Source: Octopus sinensis
Lineage: Eukaryota
DNA length: 64,000 nt
Direction of reading: 5' to 3'
Assembly (NCBI RefSeq): GCF_006345805.1
Contig: NC_043003.1
Coordinates: 87,110,001-87,174,000 of the forward strand
Part shown: positions 39,603-52,099 of the stretch, piece after piece
Numbering within the stretch: position 1 is the first letter of the stretch
Layout of the letters: every line of letters begins with the position of its first letter
The notes under the pieces: generated by a model
Databases searched by the model: none
What the model was told of the DNA's origin: nothing
Seen by the model: the letters and a program-made list of their open reading frames with translations, nothing else
Program-made: the position numbers and the translations under genes

Positions 39603-40250
39603 TTAACGTCCGTTTTCCATGCTAGCATGGGTTGGCTGGTTCGACTGGGGTCTGGGAAGCCAGGAGGCTGCACCAGGCTCCAGTCTGATCTGGCAGTGTT
39701 TCTACAGCTGGATGCCCTTCCTAACACCAACCACTCCGTGAGTGTAGTGGTTACTTTTTACGTGCCAGGGGGTCTGGCAGCGGCCACGATTGGTTGGTGC
39801 TTTTTACGTGCCACCGGCACAGAAGCTAGTTAAGGCAGCACTGGCATCGGCCACGTTCAGATTGTGCCTTTTATGTGTCACCGGCACAGAAGCCAGTGGA
39901 GGCGTCGCTGGCATCGGCCACGTTCGGATGGTGCTTTTTACATGCCACCAGCACAGGTATCACAACTACTATTTCCATTTGATATTTATTTCGATGTTGA
40001 GGTACTTGACTCAATAGGTCTCCTCAAGCACAGCAGGTCATGTGCCACCAGCACTAATTGAGTGAAGCTAAGGTTAGTTGAATAAGGTGTTTAGTTGCAT
40101 ACAGAGTTTAACTGGATAAAGTATTTAGCTGTGTAAAGTGGTTAACTGGTTAAAGTGTTTAGTTGGGTGAAGTGTTCAGTTGAACAAAGTGTTTGTTTGG
40201 GTAAAATGTTTAGTTTGGTAAAGTGTTTAGCTGGATAAAAGGTTTTCAAC
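39455..40250. repeat. 17-bp minisatellite (AAGTGTTTAGTTGGNTA) split by an RTE 3' end
   Basis: Units at 39455-39545 and 40050-40250. Confidence 0.8.
39549..40045 (-). mobile_element. RTE 3'-UTR-only copy
   Basis: (CAT)n, terminal motif, tandem units. Confidence 0.85.
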
Positions 40251-40498
40251 TCTATATTGTTGTTGAATGAGACACTTCTCAAAAAGGGAGATCAACTGAA
40301 AAAGGTGACAGTCTGAAGGTGCTATATCAGGAAAGTATGGTGGGTGCAGCAGAACTTCCCAACCAAGCTCTTGATTAGCATTTTTGATCAAATTAATGAC
40401 ATAGGGAAAACTATTGTGGTGTTGAAGAAGCTAGTGTGTCACTGGTCAGGTCATTTCAGTTAGATCTCTTTGTTGGGTTGGTGCATTTACTGAACATA

Positions 40499-40882
40499 TG
40501 TTGGCACTCCATTGGTTACGACGATTAGTGTTCCAGTTGATCCAATCAATGGAACAGCCTAGTCATGAAATTAACGTGCAAGTGGCTGAGCACTCCACAA
40601 ACACATGTACCCTTAATGTAGTTCTCAGGGAGATTCAGTGTGACACAGTGTGTGACAAGGCTGGCCCTTTGAAATACAGGTACAACAGAATCAGGAAGAA
40701 AGAGTGAGAAAAAGTTGTGGTGAAGGAGTACAGCAGGGTTCACCACCACCCCCTGCCAGAGCCTCATGGAGCTTTAGGTGTTTTCACTCAATAAACACTC
40801 ACAATGCCCGGTCTAGGAATCGAAACTGCAACCCTAAGACCGTGCATCTGCTGCCCTAACCACTGGGCCATTGTGCCTCCAC
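40499..40882 (-). mobile_element. SINE family D, tail type 3, with TSD
   Basis: Family D head at 40700-40882; TACTGAACATA at 40488-40498 and 40883-40893. Confidence 0.85.
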
Positions 40883-41188
40883 TACTGAACATAAAGCTTT
40901 GCATTGACCTATGAGGTGCTTTTCAAGCATGTCATAGTTGATTAGTCCTTCTCAATCAGACCAAATGCAGATTTTGTCTTGCATATATGCTGTTGGCTTG
41001 AAATGTTGCTTGCTTATCAGGATTCAGCCATTCTTTCCTCTGCTTTATATTGATGTAAAGACACAATTTTTTTCATCACCAGTGACAACGGAGCAAAAAA
41101 TCTCTGGTGTCGATTGATGAGCACTGGAGTTTGTCTTTTTCATTCAGAATGTGTACTGCTTATGTACCCAGTTTCTGAACTTTATGTA

Positions 41189-42529
41189 CAAGGTGGTATC
41201 AAGAGGTTCCTGGACTAGATATGTTTAATAAAAAAATAACTTATTTATTCTTTACTCTTTTACGTGTTTCCGTCATTTGATTGTGGCCATGCTGGAGCAC
41301 CACCTTTAGTCGAACAAATCGACCCCAGGACTTATTCTTTGTAAGCCTAGTACTTATTTTATCGGTCTCTTTTGCCGAACTGCTAAGTTACGGGGATGTA
41401 AACACATCAGCATCGGTTGTCAAGCGATGTGGGGGGGGGGGGGGCAAACACAGACACACAAACGTATACATACATACACACACACACACACATATATATA
41501 TACATGTATAAGATGAGCTTCTTTCAGTTTCCGTCTACCAAATCCACTCACAAGGCTTTGGTCGGCCCGAGGCTATAAGTAGAAGACACTTGCCCAAGGT
41601 GCCACGCAGTGGGAGTGAACCTGGAACCATGTGGTTCGTAAGCAAGCTACTTACCACACAGCCACTCCTACGCCTATACCAAAGTTTTAATATTACCAAA
41701 GTTTTAATATTATCTCCTTCGAAATAGTCACCTTGCGCAGCAATACACTGGTCCCAGCATTCCTACTACTTTTGGAGTCCACCCTGGTAGTTGCTTTCCA
41801 TAAGCAAGTCAAGGACCTTCTGCAATTTGCACTTGATCTTGACACTGGTGTTAAAACGCCCACCTTTGAGCTGCATTGGAAGAGATGGGAGTCTACAGGT
41901 GCTAAATCTGGTGAATACAGCAGGTGCAGAAGCAATACCATGTTGATTTTGGTCAGAACTTCATGAGTGAGGAGAACTTGGTGAAGAATTCAATTCTTTG
42001 TACTCCACAGATCCAGACACTTTTGCTGAATCTCCTCCCTAAACACTTCAAAATGTCACAGTAGAACTCTTGATTGACAGTCTGGCCCTGGGTGATGAAT
42101 TGTCGATGCACAATGGCACATTTCTGCGAGTGGTGCTTGTGACAGGCCTTCTAGATGGCTCATTGTCTTCCAGGGACATTCTTCTGTTTTTGAGGCACCT
42201 ATGCTGCTAGAAACACTGTGTACGACCCATTGCCTCATCATGTACAATCCATTGCCTTGCAAGCTTGCCAAAGTATGTTCAATGTCTCTGTAGCAGACTT
42301 CCCAAGTTTAATGCAAAATTTCACATTAGCTCTTTGTTCCTGTCCATGACAAAATTGCACACTACAAAAATAAATTTCATAACTTGCAAAGTAAACACAG
42401 CAATGTCACTCAGTACACTGCACACTGCCTCACGAAGTTCACTGCTAGCTCTCACTGTCCATGCAACCATGTGCTGCCATCTGTTGGCACACTACAGAAC
42501 TAGTCTGGGAACTTTTTGATACCACCTAT
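41189..42529 (-). mobile_element. Internally deleted mariner (irritans/Bytmar-like)
   Basis: TIR AGGTGGTATCAA.A.GTTCC..GACTAG at both ends; QRANVKFCIKLGKSATET, YSPDLAPVD, CIAAQGDYFEGD. Confidence 0.8.
41245..41676 (-). mobile_element. SINE family A, full copy, nested in the mariner
   Basis: Reverse complement of 589-1008. Confidence 0.9.
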
Positions 42530-42692
42530 TGAGTGAAGGTGAGGGGTGATGACATAATGAGAGCATCCCATTTGCTTGACAGATTGCCTAAAATGCAGAG
42601 TCTGTGAGACTGAATTTTATTTTGTTTTTTCCAATCTATGGAGAAATTAGTTAAATCAGTCCTGTTTATATATCTTCTATAGAGACTACATA

Positions 42693-43051
42693 TCTCTATA
42701 TACATAAACGGCAAAATGTCAGTGTGTGTGTGTATCCTTTATACAAATCCACAATTTTTCAGTTAGAGGGCTCGCACTTTTTATGGTCATTCAAAACCGT
42801 CCAAGGGTGGTCGTGCACATCTTTACATTTCCCCAGTCACCCCACAAAGCCATTAAAAAAGTCAATAGAAGTGACTTTTTTGTGAATTTTCTATCCAATC
42901 AAAATGCCCGAAACTTGATATGCCAATTGAATGCCAGCTAGCTGTATGTGATTGGTCGGAGATTTGGACAGTACTCGCGTGTATGTGTGCACGTACGCAG
43001 CTGTATATGCATGCACTACCACTATGACCCGGTGTTGCCGGGTCATAGTGC

Positions 43052-43054
<3 letters not shown>
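42693..43054 (+). mobile_element. Non-autonomous Helitron
   Basis: A|TCTCTATATACATAAA..(GT)n start; perfect 13-bp hairpin CACTATGACCCGG/CCGGGTCATAGTG at 43020-43050, then CTAT (degenerate CTAG). Confidence 0.65.
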
Positions 43055-43098
<44 letters not shown>

Positions 43099-43250
43099 TA
43101 TGTATGTATGAATGTATATAGGTATTATGTGTGTATGTATGTATGTATGTAAGTATATCTTTATCATCATTTAACATCCATGTTCCATGTTGTCATGGGT
43201 TAGGTAGTTTGGCAGGATCCAGCAGGTTCAAGGACTACATCATGTCCATA

Positions 43251-44147
43251 CAAACTATTATATTTAATATCTATATTAATAAAAACGAAATTCTGTCTGT
43301 CTGTCTGGGACCCCTGTATCATCGTCCACATTTGCTCTACATAGACATATTATACCTTTTGGGAATAAGGATGACTCCATGATTGAAAATCTGCCCTGCA
43401 TTTGATTCTTGATGTCTGCTTTGGTATGGTTTCTATGGATGGAAGCCATTCCTAATGCCAACTACTTTACAGTATTTACCAGGTACTTTTATTTATGCCA
43501 CCAGTACTAGTGGTCACCACGCAGCTTGCAAGACTACAAACCCCAAGACAGGTGGGTTTTTTATGTCAAGAAACAGGAGATTGAGGGATGGTACCAGAGT
43601 AGAACAGATTTTTGCTGTAGATGAACTACATGACTGTCCACACTTTAGAAGAGAGGGTGGGTGTGATGTACATGTAATTGCCTCTATATATGTACATATA
43701 GAGAGGCAATTATGTGTATAAACAAAGTAGACACATTAAATATATTAACTATCATAGTCTGGGTATGAAATACAAAATACGTATATATGTATACATGCAA
43801 AATGAGAGAAAGCAAAAGGTGGAGACTTTCAGATGATGGATTTTTTAAGTATAAATATATAGATATCATATTAATAAGTCCAAATTACACAAAGTACAAA
43901 TGACAGAGCATTTGAAAGTCTCCACCTTTGGCTTTCTCTCATTTTGCATGTAAATGTATATACATCATATTTTGTATTTCATACCCAAACTATTATATCT
44001 AATATCTATATTAATAAAAGCGAAATTCTGTCTGTCTGTCTGGGACCCCTGTATCATCGTCTACATTTGCTCTACATAGACATATTATACCTTTTTGGAA
44101 TCAGGATGACTCCATGATTGAAAATTTGCCCTGCATTTGATTCTTGA
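43251..44147. repeat. About 162-bp direct repeat (43251-43412 and 43986-44147) with an adjacent inverted repeat (43754-43831 and 43913-43993)
   Basis: Direct sequence comparison. Confidence 0.85.
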
Positions 44148-44299
44148 GCATCCAACATTGGGATCTGATTTAAAAGCATTTGGGTTGCTACTTCTAGCAG
44201 GTAAACCTTGGCTGATCTATACCATCTTAGTTGGCATTTGTTAGATAATGTCAGAGATCAAGGGGAAGATAAATGACATTGCTTTGTTAATTTTATGTC

Positions 44300-44511
44300 A
44301 TAGGCCATGAGATTATGGTCTCACTTGGCTTGCCGGGTCTTCTCAAACACAGCATATCTCCAAAGGTCTCGGTCACTTGTCGTTGCCTCAGTGAGGCTCA
44401 ATGTTCGAAGGTCGTGCTTGACCACCTCATCCCAGGTCTTCGTGGGTCAACCTCTTCCACAGGTTCCCTCAACTGCTAGGGTGTGACACTTTTTCACACA
44501 GTTGTCCTCAT
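44300..44511 (-). mobile_element. Isolated RTE ORF2 C-terminal fragment
   Basis: About 9 mismatches in 212 bp versus 49756-49967. Confidence 0.85.
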
Positions 44512-45002
44512 AAGATAAGAACTTTGAGATGAATTGGCCAACAGTTGGGATTCAAATTCGGACAGGAACAATAGAATGATTGCATTACAGAATTAATTCT
44601 CATCTGTCCTTAACCTCTGATAAAACTCCTCCACCAGGGATATAGTCATTATAGACGTATTATAGTCATGCTATTTAGCTCTCTTTAGTTTTGGGCCACA
44701 AGCCCAATTAGCCGTCTGCAGGAGCTAGCTTAAAAGTCCACACAGAGTGTAGCTTTTAGGCTAGTATTTAATATATTTAGCATATTTAATGTGCCTTATT
44801 TGTTTATATGCATAATTGCCTCTATACCCATTCAGCTTTATCCTTCTTATAGCCTTTCTTTACTATGTGGAATCAATCCCCTTGTGAATACATCGGAATC
44901 CAAGTTTGAATTTTTTGAGCACTACTAAGTGTTGTCTATACTGAGAATCTCTGGATCTCATTTGTTGACTATACATTCATACATACACACACACACATAC
45001 AT

Positions 45003-45217
45003 AGGGGAGTGCTGAAAAGTTCATGTTTTGGGGTATAAGAAAATACAGAAGGCTCAGTTAATTATGATTTTATTCAACATATTCCCCTCTCAGATTCACA
45101 CACACATTGCAGTGAGCCTTCAGTTTTTCTAAGCCCTGTGAAAGAACTTGGAAAGTTGAGCCACCAGTCAAGCCTTTCATGATACTCTTAAAGCCAGGAA
45201 CTTTTCAGTATCCCCTC
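45003..45217. mobile_element. mariner-type MITE
   Basis: Imperfect TIRs GGGGAGTGCTGAAAAGTTC and GAACTTTTCAGTATCCCCT. Confidence 0.7.
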
Positions 45218-45319
45218 ATGTGTTTGTGTACACACGCATTTATATAATCAATAAATTAAATAGACAGATTCAATTGATAATCCAATAATTTATTTATATT
45301 ATAATATAAACCAATCTTA

Positions 45320-46146
45320 TGACTGGCACCCGGCTGTCGCCAGGACCGCTGGACTGACTCCTATGCAGGTGGCAAGTGAAGAAACACCATTTCGACCCTG
45401 TGCTTGAGGAGATCCATTGAGTCAAGTACACCAACATCAAAATCAATGGAAACTGCAGATGTGATCCCTGTGCCGGTGGCACGTAAAAAGCACCATCTGA
45501 ACGTGGCCGATGCCAGCGCTGCCTAGACTGGCTTCCTTGCTGGTGGCATGTAAAAAGCACTATCTGAATCGTGGCCGATGCCAGCACCGCATAGACTGGC
45601 TTCCGTGCCGGTGGCATGTAAAAAGCACCATCCGAATCGTGGCCAATGCCAGCACTGCCTTGACTGGCTTCCATGCCGGTGGCACGTAAAATGCACCAAT
45701 CCGATCATGGCTGTTGCCAGCCTCGCCTGGCACCTGTGCAGGTGGCACGTAAAAAACACCCACTACACTTACGGAGTGGTTGGCGTTAGGAAGGGCATCC
45801 AGCTGTAGAAACATGCCAGATCTGACTGGAGCCTGGTGCAGCCTTCTGGCTTCCCAGATCCCCGGTCGAACCGTCCAACCCATGCTAGCATGGAGAACGG
45901 ACGTTAACCCTTTAGCATTTAAACCGGCCATATACGGCCAAAAGTATTCTGCCTGTTTTATGTTTAAACTGGCCATATCTGGTCTCTCACACCAACCCTA
46001 CAATATCATTTTAAAAATTAACAGTTCCCTCATCAAAATCTCATCGCTACAAGATAATGCACGATTAGTTCAAAACAATGTGGATAAAAAAGCATTAATT
46101 TTGGCAGAATAATGCGAACACTAAAGAGTTAAACGATGATGATGAT
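45320..46146 (+). mobile_element. RTE 3' UTR copy interrupted at its terminal TTAA
   Basis: Tandem units, terminal motif, (GAT)n tail resumes at 46133. Confidence 0.85.
45908..46128. mobile_element. piggyBac-type MITE
   Basis: TTAA|CCCTTTAG..CTAAAGAG|TTAA. Confidence 0.85.
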
Positions 46147-46155
46147 AATGTACTA

Positions 46156-46350
46156 TGAATATAATATAATATAAGGTAACATGAAAAAATCATTAAAAAA
46201 CCAGAAAACCAGAATAGTCACAATTTGTTTCAACTTATGTACATTATTTGATTTATAAACAATACATATAAATCAAATAATGTATATAAATCAAAACTAT
46301 TTGTTGGCTATTTTGGGTTTTTTAATGATTTTTATGTTATATTATATTCA
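46156..46350. repeat. Imperfect AT-rich palindrome with a 9-nt loop
   Basis: Core TACATTATTTGATTTATA-AACAATACA-TATAAATCAAATAATGTA; homology extends about 85-100 bp per arm. Confidence 0.8.
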
Positions 46351-47104
46351 CTGTATATTACGTTATATTATAATATAAATAAATTATTGGATTGTAAATT
46401 GAATCTCTCTATTTGATTTATTGTTTGTAATTTGCATTATATTCCTATTTATGTGGTATTCAACTGACGCACTAGTGAATTGGATGTTTTACAAATCCTT
46501 TTGAAAGAATTCCTTTCCTTAGTTTGTTACTTTATATATCTCTATATATAAAATATATATATATTTCTAATTTATATAAAATTCTCTCTTATGTGAGTGT
46601 AAGTTTGTGTGTGTGTGTGTGTGTGTTTAGATGTGCACAAATTTTCCTTTATTTATCTATTTATTTATTCATTCATTTACTTATTAAAAGACATAAGGGG
46701 CAAACTATATGAAAAATAAGAATTATCCTTGTGACACAGAAATCACTTTGATAATTTTTTTCTGGAATAATCCAAGGAAATATAATTTTTCACCAGCTCT
46801 TCGATCTGTAACTGGTTTGATAGGTGCCAACATGAAACTCTCGGCCCTTCAGTCATTTTGTTGCTTTACCTAAATATTAGTAAACATACATACACACATA
46901 CACACACATCACATGCACGCACACACACCCATTCAAATAGTGTAAAAACTTGAAAAAAAAATGAACATGACCAGAATTTACCTTCATGTTTCTGATAAGT
47001 GTATGATTTTAATCAACTAACATTTCTTGGTTCGCAACGCCACATGTTAGCACTAACTTTACTATTCAGTATTCGTGCACAGCATGACCCTGGAGCTTTT
47101 TCAT

Positions 47105-47245
47105 ACCCTACTCTTTATCAAACATATTAGCTTAAAATATCATATTTGCAACTTGTATTTTGACATATTTCAGCCACCCTACTCTTTACCAAAAATATTA
47201 GCTTAAATATCATATTTACAATTTGTATTTTGACATATTTCAGCC
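47105..47245. repeat. 70/71-bp tandem duplication
   Basis: ACCCTACTCTTTA..ATTTCAGCC twice. Confidence 0.9.
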
Positions 47246-47814
47246 AGACAACATCATCTCCATTTTAGCAGTTAACCACTGTGAGTGACTTTAAAGGAAA
47301 CTTTCAGACATACTCACATACACACGCACACACACACATACACGTGTGTGTGCGCACATGCGCAATATTCTATAAGAAACCTTGTTAGATTTTAAGGAAA
47401 TGTCACTTGGGTTAGTTTTAGAATGGAATATGAAACCAACTTTGTATGTATTGTTAGTGAATTCTATGTCAAGGTGAATACTTTGATACAGTCAGAAACT
47501 TAACAATTGTGTGATATCCTTGAAGTATTTAACATCACATATATTTAAAAACTAGTTTATGGTAACTACAATAACTGTGTAGAGATTTTATTGAAGCTAT
47601 TGTAAGCTCTTGTAAAACCTTGAAAACTCTTGAAAAGAAATGAATGAGAGTAAGGAAAACAGTCACACAGATTGTAAGGGTATTACTTGTATTTGTATGT
47701 ATGTGTGTTTGTGTGTGCATGAGTGCGAGTATGTGAGTGTGTGTGTGTATGTGTGTGCATGAGTTTGTGTGTGTAGATAGATCGGTAGATACATGCATAC
47801 ATACATACATACAC

Positions 47815-48185
<371 letters not shown>

Positions 48186-48519
48186 GTGTGTGTATATGTG
48201 TGTATGCTTATGGGAGTATGTGTATGGTGTATGCATGCATGTGTATATGTGTATGTTTCTGCATGTGCATGTGTATGGGTGTGTATTAGTTTTTACAGAT
48301 GGGTCATTAGGAGAATGTTTACTTCCAGCCTTAATGACGGTTAGGAAATGCAAAGCCTTGTACTCGGTATTCTTTTTCTTTACAGGCTGTAACATGATTC
48401 AGCTCTGGAAGCCAGTTAAACCATTCCTTAAATTACAATAACATGTTATAACTTACACAAAAAAACTTTTATTTCACTGCTGTATTGAATTACACATGCA
48501 CACACACATTATATATATA

Positions 48520-49092
48520 TATGAAAATCAAATCAAAATCAAAATCAAAATCGATCAACATCAATGGAAATTGTAGCTGTGATACCAGTGTCGATGGCGC
48601 GTAAGAGAACCATCCGAACATGGCCGTTGCCAGCGCCGCTCCGACTGACCTCCGTGTTGGTGGCACATAAAAAGTACCATCTGATCGTGGCTGTTGCCAG
48701 CCTCGCCTGGCTTCCGTGCCGGTGGCATGTAAAAAGCACCATCCGATCATGTCCATTGCCAGCCTCGTCTGGCCTCTGTGGCGGTGGCACGTAAAAAGCA
48801 CCATCTGATTGTGGCCGTTGCCAGCCTCGCCTGGCTTCCGTGCGGTGGCACGTAAAAAGCACCATCTGATTGTGGCCATTTGCCAGCTTCGTCTGGCACC
48901 TGTGCAGGTGGCACATAAAAAGCACCCACTACACTCACGGAGTGGTTGGCGTTAGGAAGGGCATCCAGCCGTAGAAACACTGCCAGATCAGACTGGGCCT
49001 GGCGCAGCCTTCTGGCTTCCCAGACCCCAGTTGAACCGTCCAACCCATGCTAGCATGGAAAACGGACGTTAAACGATGATGATGATGATGAT
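48520..49092 (+). mobile_element. RTE 3'-UTR-only copy with five full tandem units
   Basis: About 62-bp units, then terminal motif and (GAT)n. Confidence 0.9.
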
Positions 49093-49199
49093 ATATATAT
49101 ATAACAATTTAATAAATAAAACATATGCATACATACATACATATATGTATATACCAACATCTATATATATATATATATATAATATATATATATATATAT

Positions 49200-49234
<35 letters not shown>

Positions 49235-49237
49235 GAT

Positions 49238-51125
49238 GTATCATCATCATCATCATTATTTAATGTCCGCTTTCCATGCTGGCATGGGCTGGACGGTTTA
49301 ACTGGCTGCACCAGTCTCCAATCTGATCTGGCACAGTTTCTACAGCTGGATGCCTGCCCTTCCTAACCCCAACAACTCCGAGAGCGTGATGGGTGCTTTT
49401 ACGTGCCACCGGCACAAGGGCCAGTCAAGTGGTACTGACATCAGCCATGCTCAAAAGGTGCTTTTTATGTGCCACCTGCACAGGAGCCAGTCCGGCAGCA
49501 CTGGCATCAACCACACTTGAATGGTGCTTTTTTACATGCCACTAGCATGGGAGCAGTCAGTGGCCCTGGCAATGATCACACTCAAATGATTTTTTTAACA
49601 TTCCACTGCCACATGTGCCAGTCAGGCGGTACTGTCATTGGCCACAACAGCGATTTCACTTGCCACAACAGGTCTTTGCAAACATAGTTTATTGTCCTTT
49701 GCAAACATAGTTTATTGAAGGGTACTCTTAAATGGGCTGGTTATACAGCACTGGTATAGGCCACGGAATTATGGTCTCACTTGGCTTGCCAGGTCTTCTC
49801 AAACACAGCATATCTCCAAAGGTCTCGGTCACTTGTCGTTGCCTCGGTGAGACACAATGTTCGAAGGTTGTGCTTGACCACCTCATCCCAGGTCTTCTTG
49901 GGTCAACCTCTTCCACAGGTTCCCTCAACTGCTAGGGTGTGACACTTTTTCACACAGTTGTCCTCATCCATTCACAACACATGACCATACCAGCACAGTC
50001 GTCTCTCTTGCAGACCACATCTGATGCTTCTAAAGTCCAACTTTTCTCTCAGGGCACTTACACTCTGTCGTGTATGCACACTGACATTACACATCCAGTG
50101 AAGAATACTGGTTTCATTCCTTCCAAGCTTACACATGTCCTCAGTAGTCATCATTCATGTTTCCCTGCCATGTAGCATAGCTGGTTTTCACACATGCATC
50201 ATACAGTCTACTTTTTACTCTGAGCGAGAGGCCCTTTGTCACCAGCAGAGGCAGGAGCTCTCTGAACTTTGCTCAGGCTATTCTTACTCTAGCAGCTACA
50301 CTTAAAGAGCATCCGCCCCCACTACTGACTTGGTCACCTAGGTAATGGAAGCTATCAACTACTTGTATTTTTTCCCCCTGGAATGTGACAGAAGCTGTTC
50401 TCTGCATGTTTTCAGTGTTTCTTGCTCCTGAGCATTTGCTACACACAAAAACTATCTTCCCAATTAGCCTTCCTTTGATATTGCTGCACCTCTTATGTGT
50501 CCATAGCTTACACTGGGTACATCTTATGGGATTTCTACCTACGCCTTTTCTACAGTTCAAGCAGAACCATCTACTTGAAGGGATTTGTGGTTTGTCTGCC
50601 TTCCTACTTATTAAGACTGTTTTTTGTTAGATTGACTTTAAGGCCCTTCGATTCTAGACCTTGCTTCCACACCTGAAACTTCTCCTCTGGTTCTGATAGT
50701 GACTCACCAATTAGAGCAAGGTCATCAGCATAGAGGAGCTGCCAGGAGCATCTTGTCTTGAATTCCTCTGTTATTACCTGGAGGACTATGATGAATAAGA
50801 GGGGGCTGAGGACTGATTCTTGGTAGATGCCTACCCCTATCTGAATTTCTTCACTGTACTCATTGACAACCCTCACCTTACTGACAGCATCCCTGTACAT
50901 GGCTTGTACAGCTCTCACTAACCATTCACATATCCCTAGTTTCCTCATTGACCACCAGATAAGGGATTGGAGGACCCTGTCAAAGGCTTTTTCCATGTCA
51001 ACGAAAGCCAAGAACAGAGATTTATCTTTGGCTAGGTATTTCTCCTGCAGCTGTCTTACCAGAAATATAGCATCAGTGACACAAACTCAAACTGCATCTC
51101 ATCTATAGTGACACTCTCCCTAATT
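49238..51125 (-). pseudogene. RTE LINE 3' half (RT, PHD, C-terminus, 3' UTR)
   Basis: AFVDMEKAFDRV, LLYADD, PHD-like C4HC3, ERRLCWYGHV; frameshifts. Confidence 0.9.
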
Positions 51126-51899
51126 AGTTGGGTTATGAAGGATCATTAGTAAGGAAAGACACACAAATAAGAAAGAAGAAAGCAAAGGACCACTGATGAG
51201 GTCACAGAAGTGTGACGAAAGAACTCTGGCCAAAATACAATTAATGTAAAAAATAAAATAAAGCCAAAGCAAATTAGCACCAAATATGTAGCGCATGAGT
51301 TTTTATTGGCTAAATTGGCAACATGACCATCCCCAAATAGAACAATATCTGTTTCAACACGATTTCACATCAAGAAACTTGCAAAACGAATATGTAAACG
51401 TATATATATAAATACACACACACATATACTTTAGAAAAATATCACAAAAACATCACAAAAAAACTGTTACTCAGAGTTTCATGTTCCTGTTCAATGGGTA
51501 GTGAATATATGCACATGTATTTTGCAAGTATATGTATATAGTTACATGTATATATATAGTTATTTATAAGTATATATTTATATGTATGTGTGTGTATGTG
51601 TTGCATATATAAAAAGAAACTGTTACTGTTTTCTTAAAATCTAGGAACTTTCTCAATCCATGGGTTCAAAATATGTAAAACAAACTTACATTTTTATCAA
51701 TTAATTATTCATTTATTTACCATTAATTAATCTTGATGCATGATTTCTTTTTGACTCAAGATATTTTTTCCAACTCAAAGTTTTCTTTGATTTTATACAG
51801 CATGATTTTTATGTATTTTTACTTTTATTTTTATTTTCTATTTACTGTCTCAACTTGCATACTTCTGAAAGACTGTTAGTGAAATCAACCAATCAAATT

Positions 51900-52051
51900 C
51901 AAAAGTGTATCTGTAAATTACTTACATTTCACGGATATTTGTCTTCATCTTGTTTGTTGTTAACACGTTTCAGTTGTTATACCCTCCAGCCTTCATCAGG
52001 TATCTTGAGGAAATTTCGAACCTGGGTTCTCATTCCTAAAGTATTTTCCAA

Positions 52052-52099
<48 letters not shown>

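Noticed and set aside
41676-41712. 17-bp tandem repeat as the TSD of the nested SINE A
   Set aside because: Both copies lie on the same side of the SINE; a simple slippage duplication.
48575-48930. CRISPR-like array
   Set aside because: Contiguous tandem units without unique spacers, eukaryotic context, no cas genes.
48490-49043. Repetitive MLFTCHRH-type ORFs (also 18755, 45294, 57889, 61097)
   Set aside because: They arise from the RTE 3' UTR tandem unit, open on both strands, with no codon-level support.
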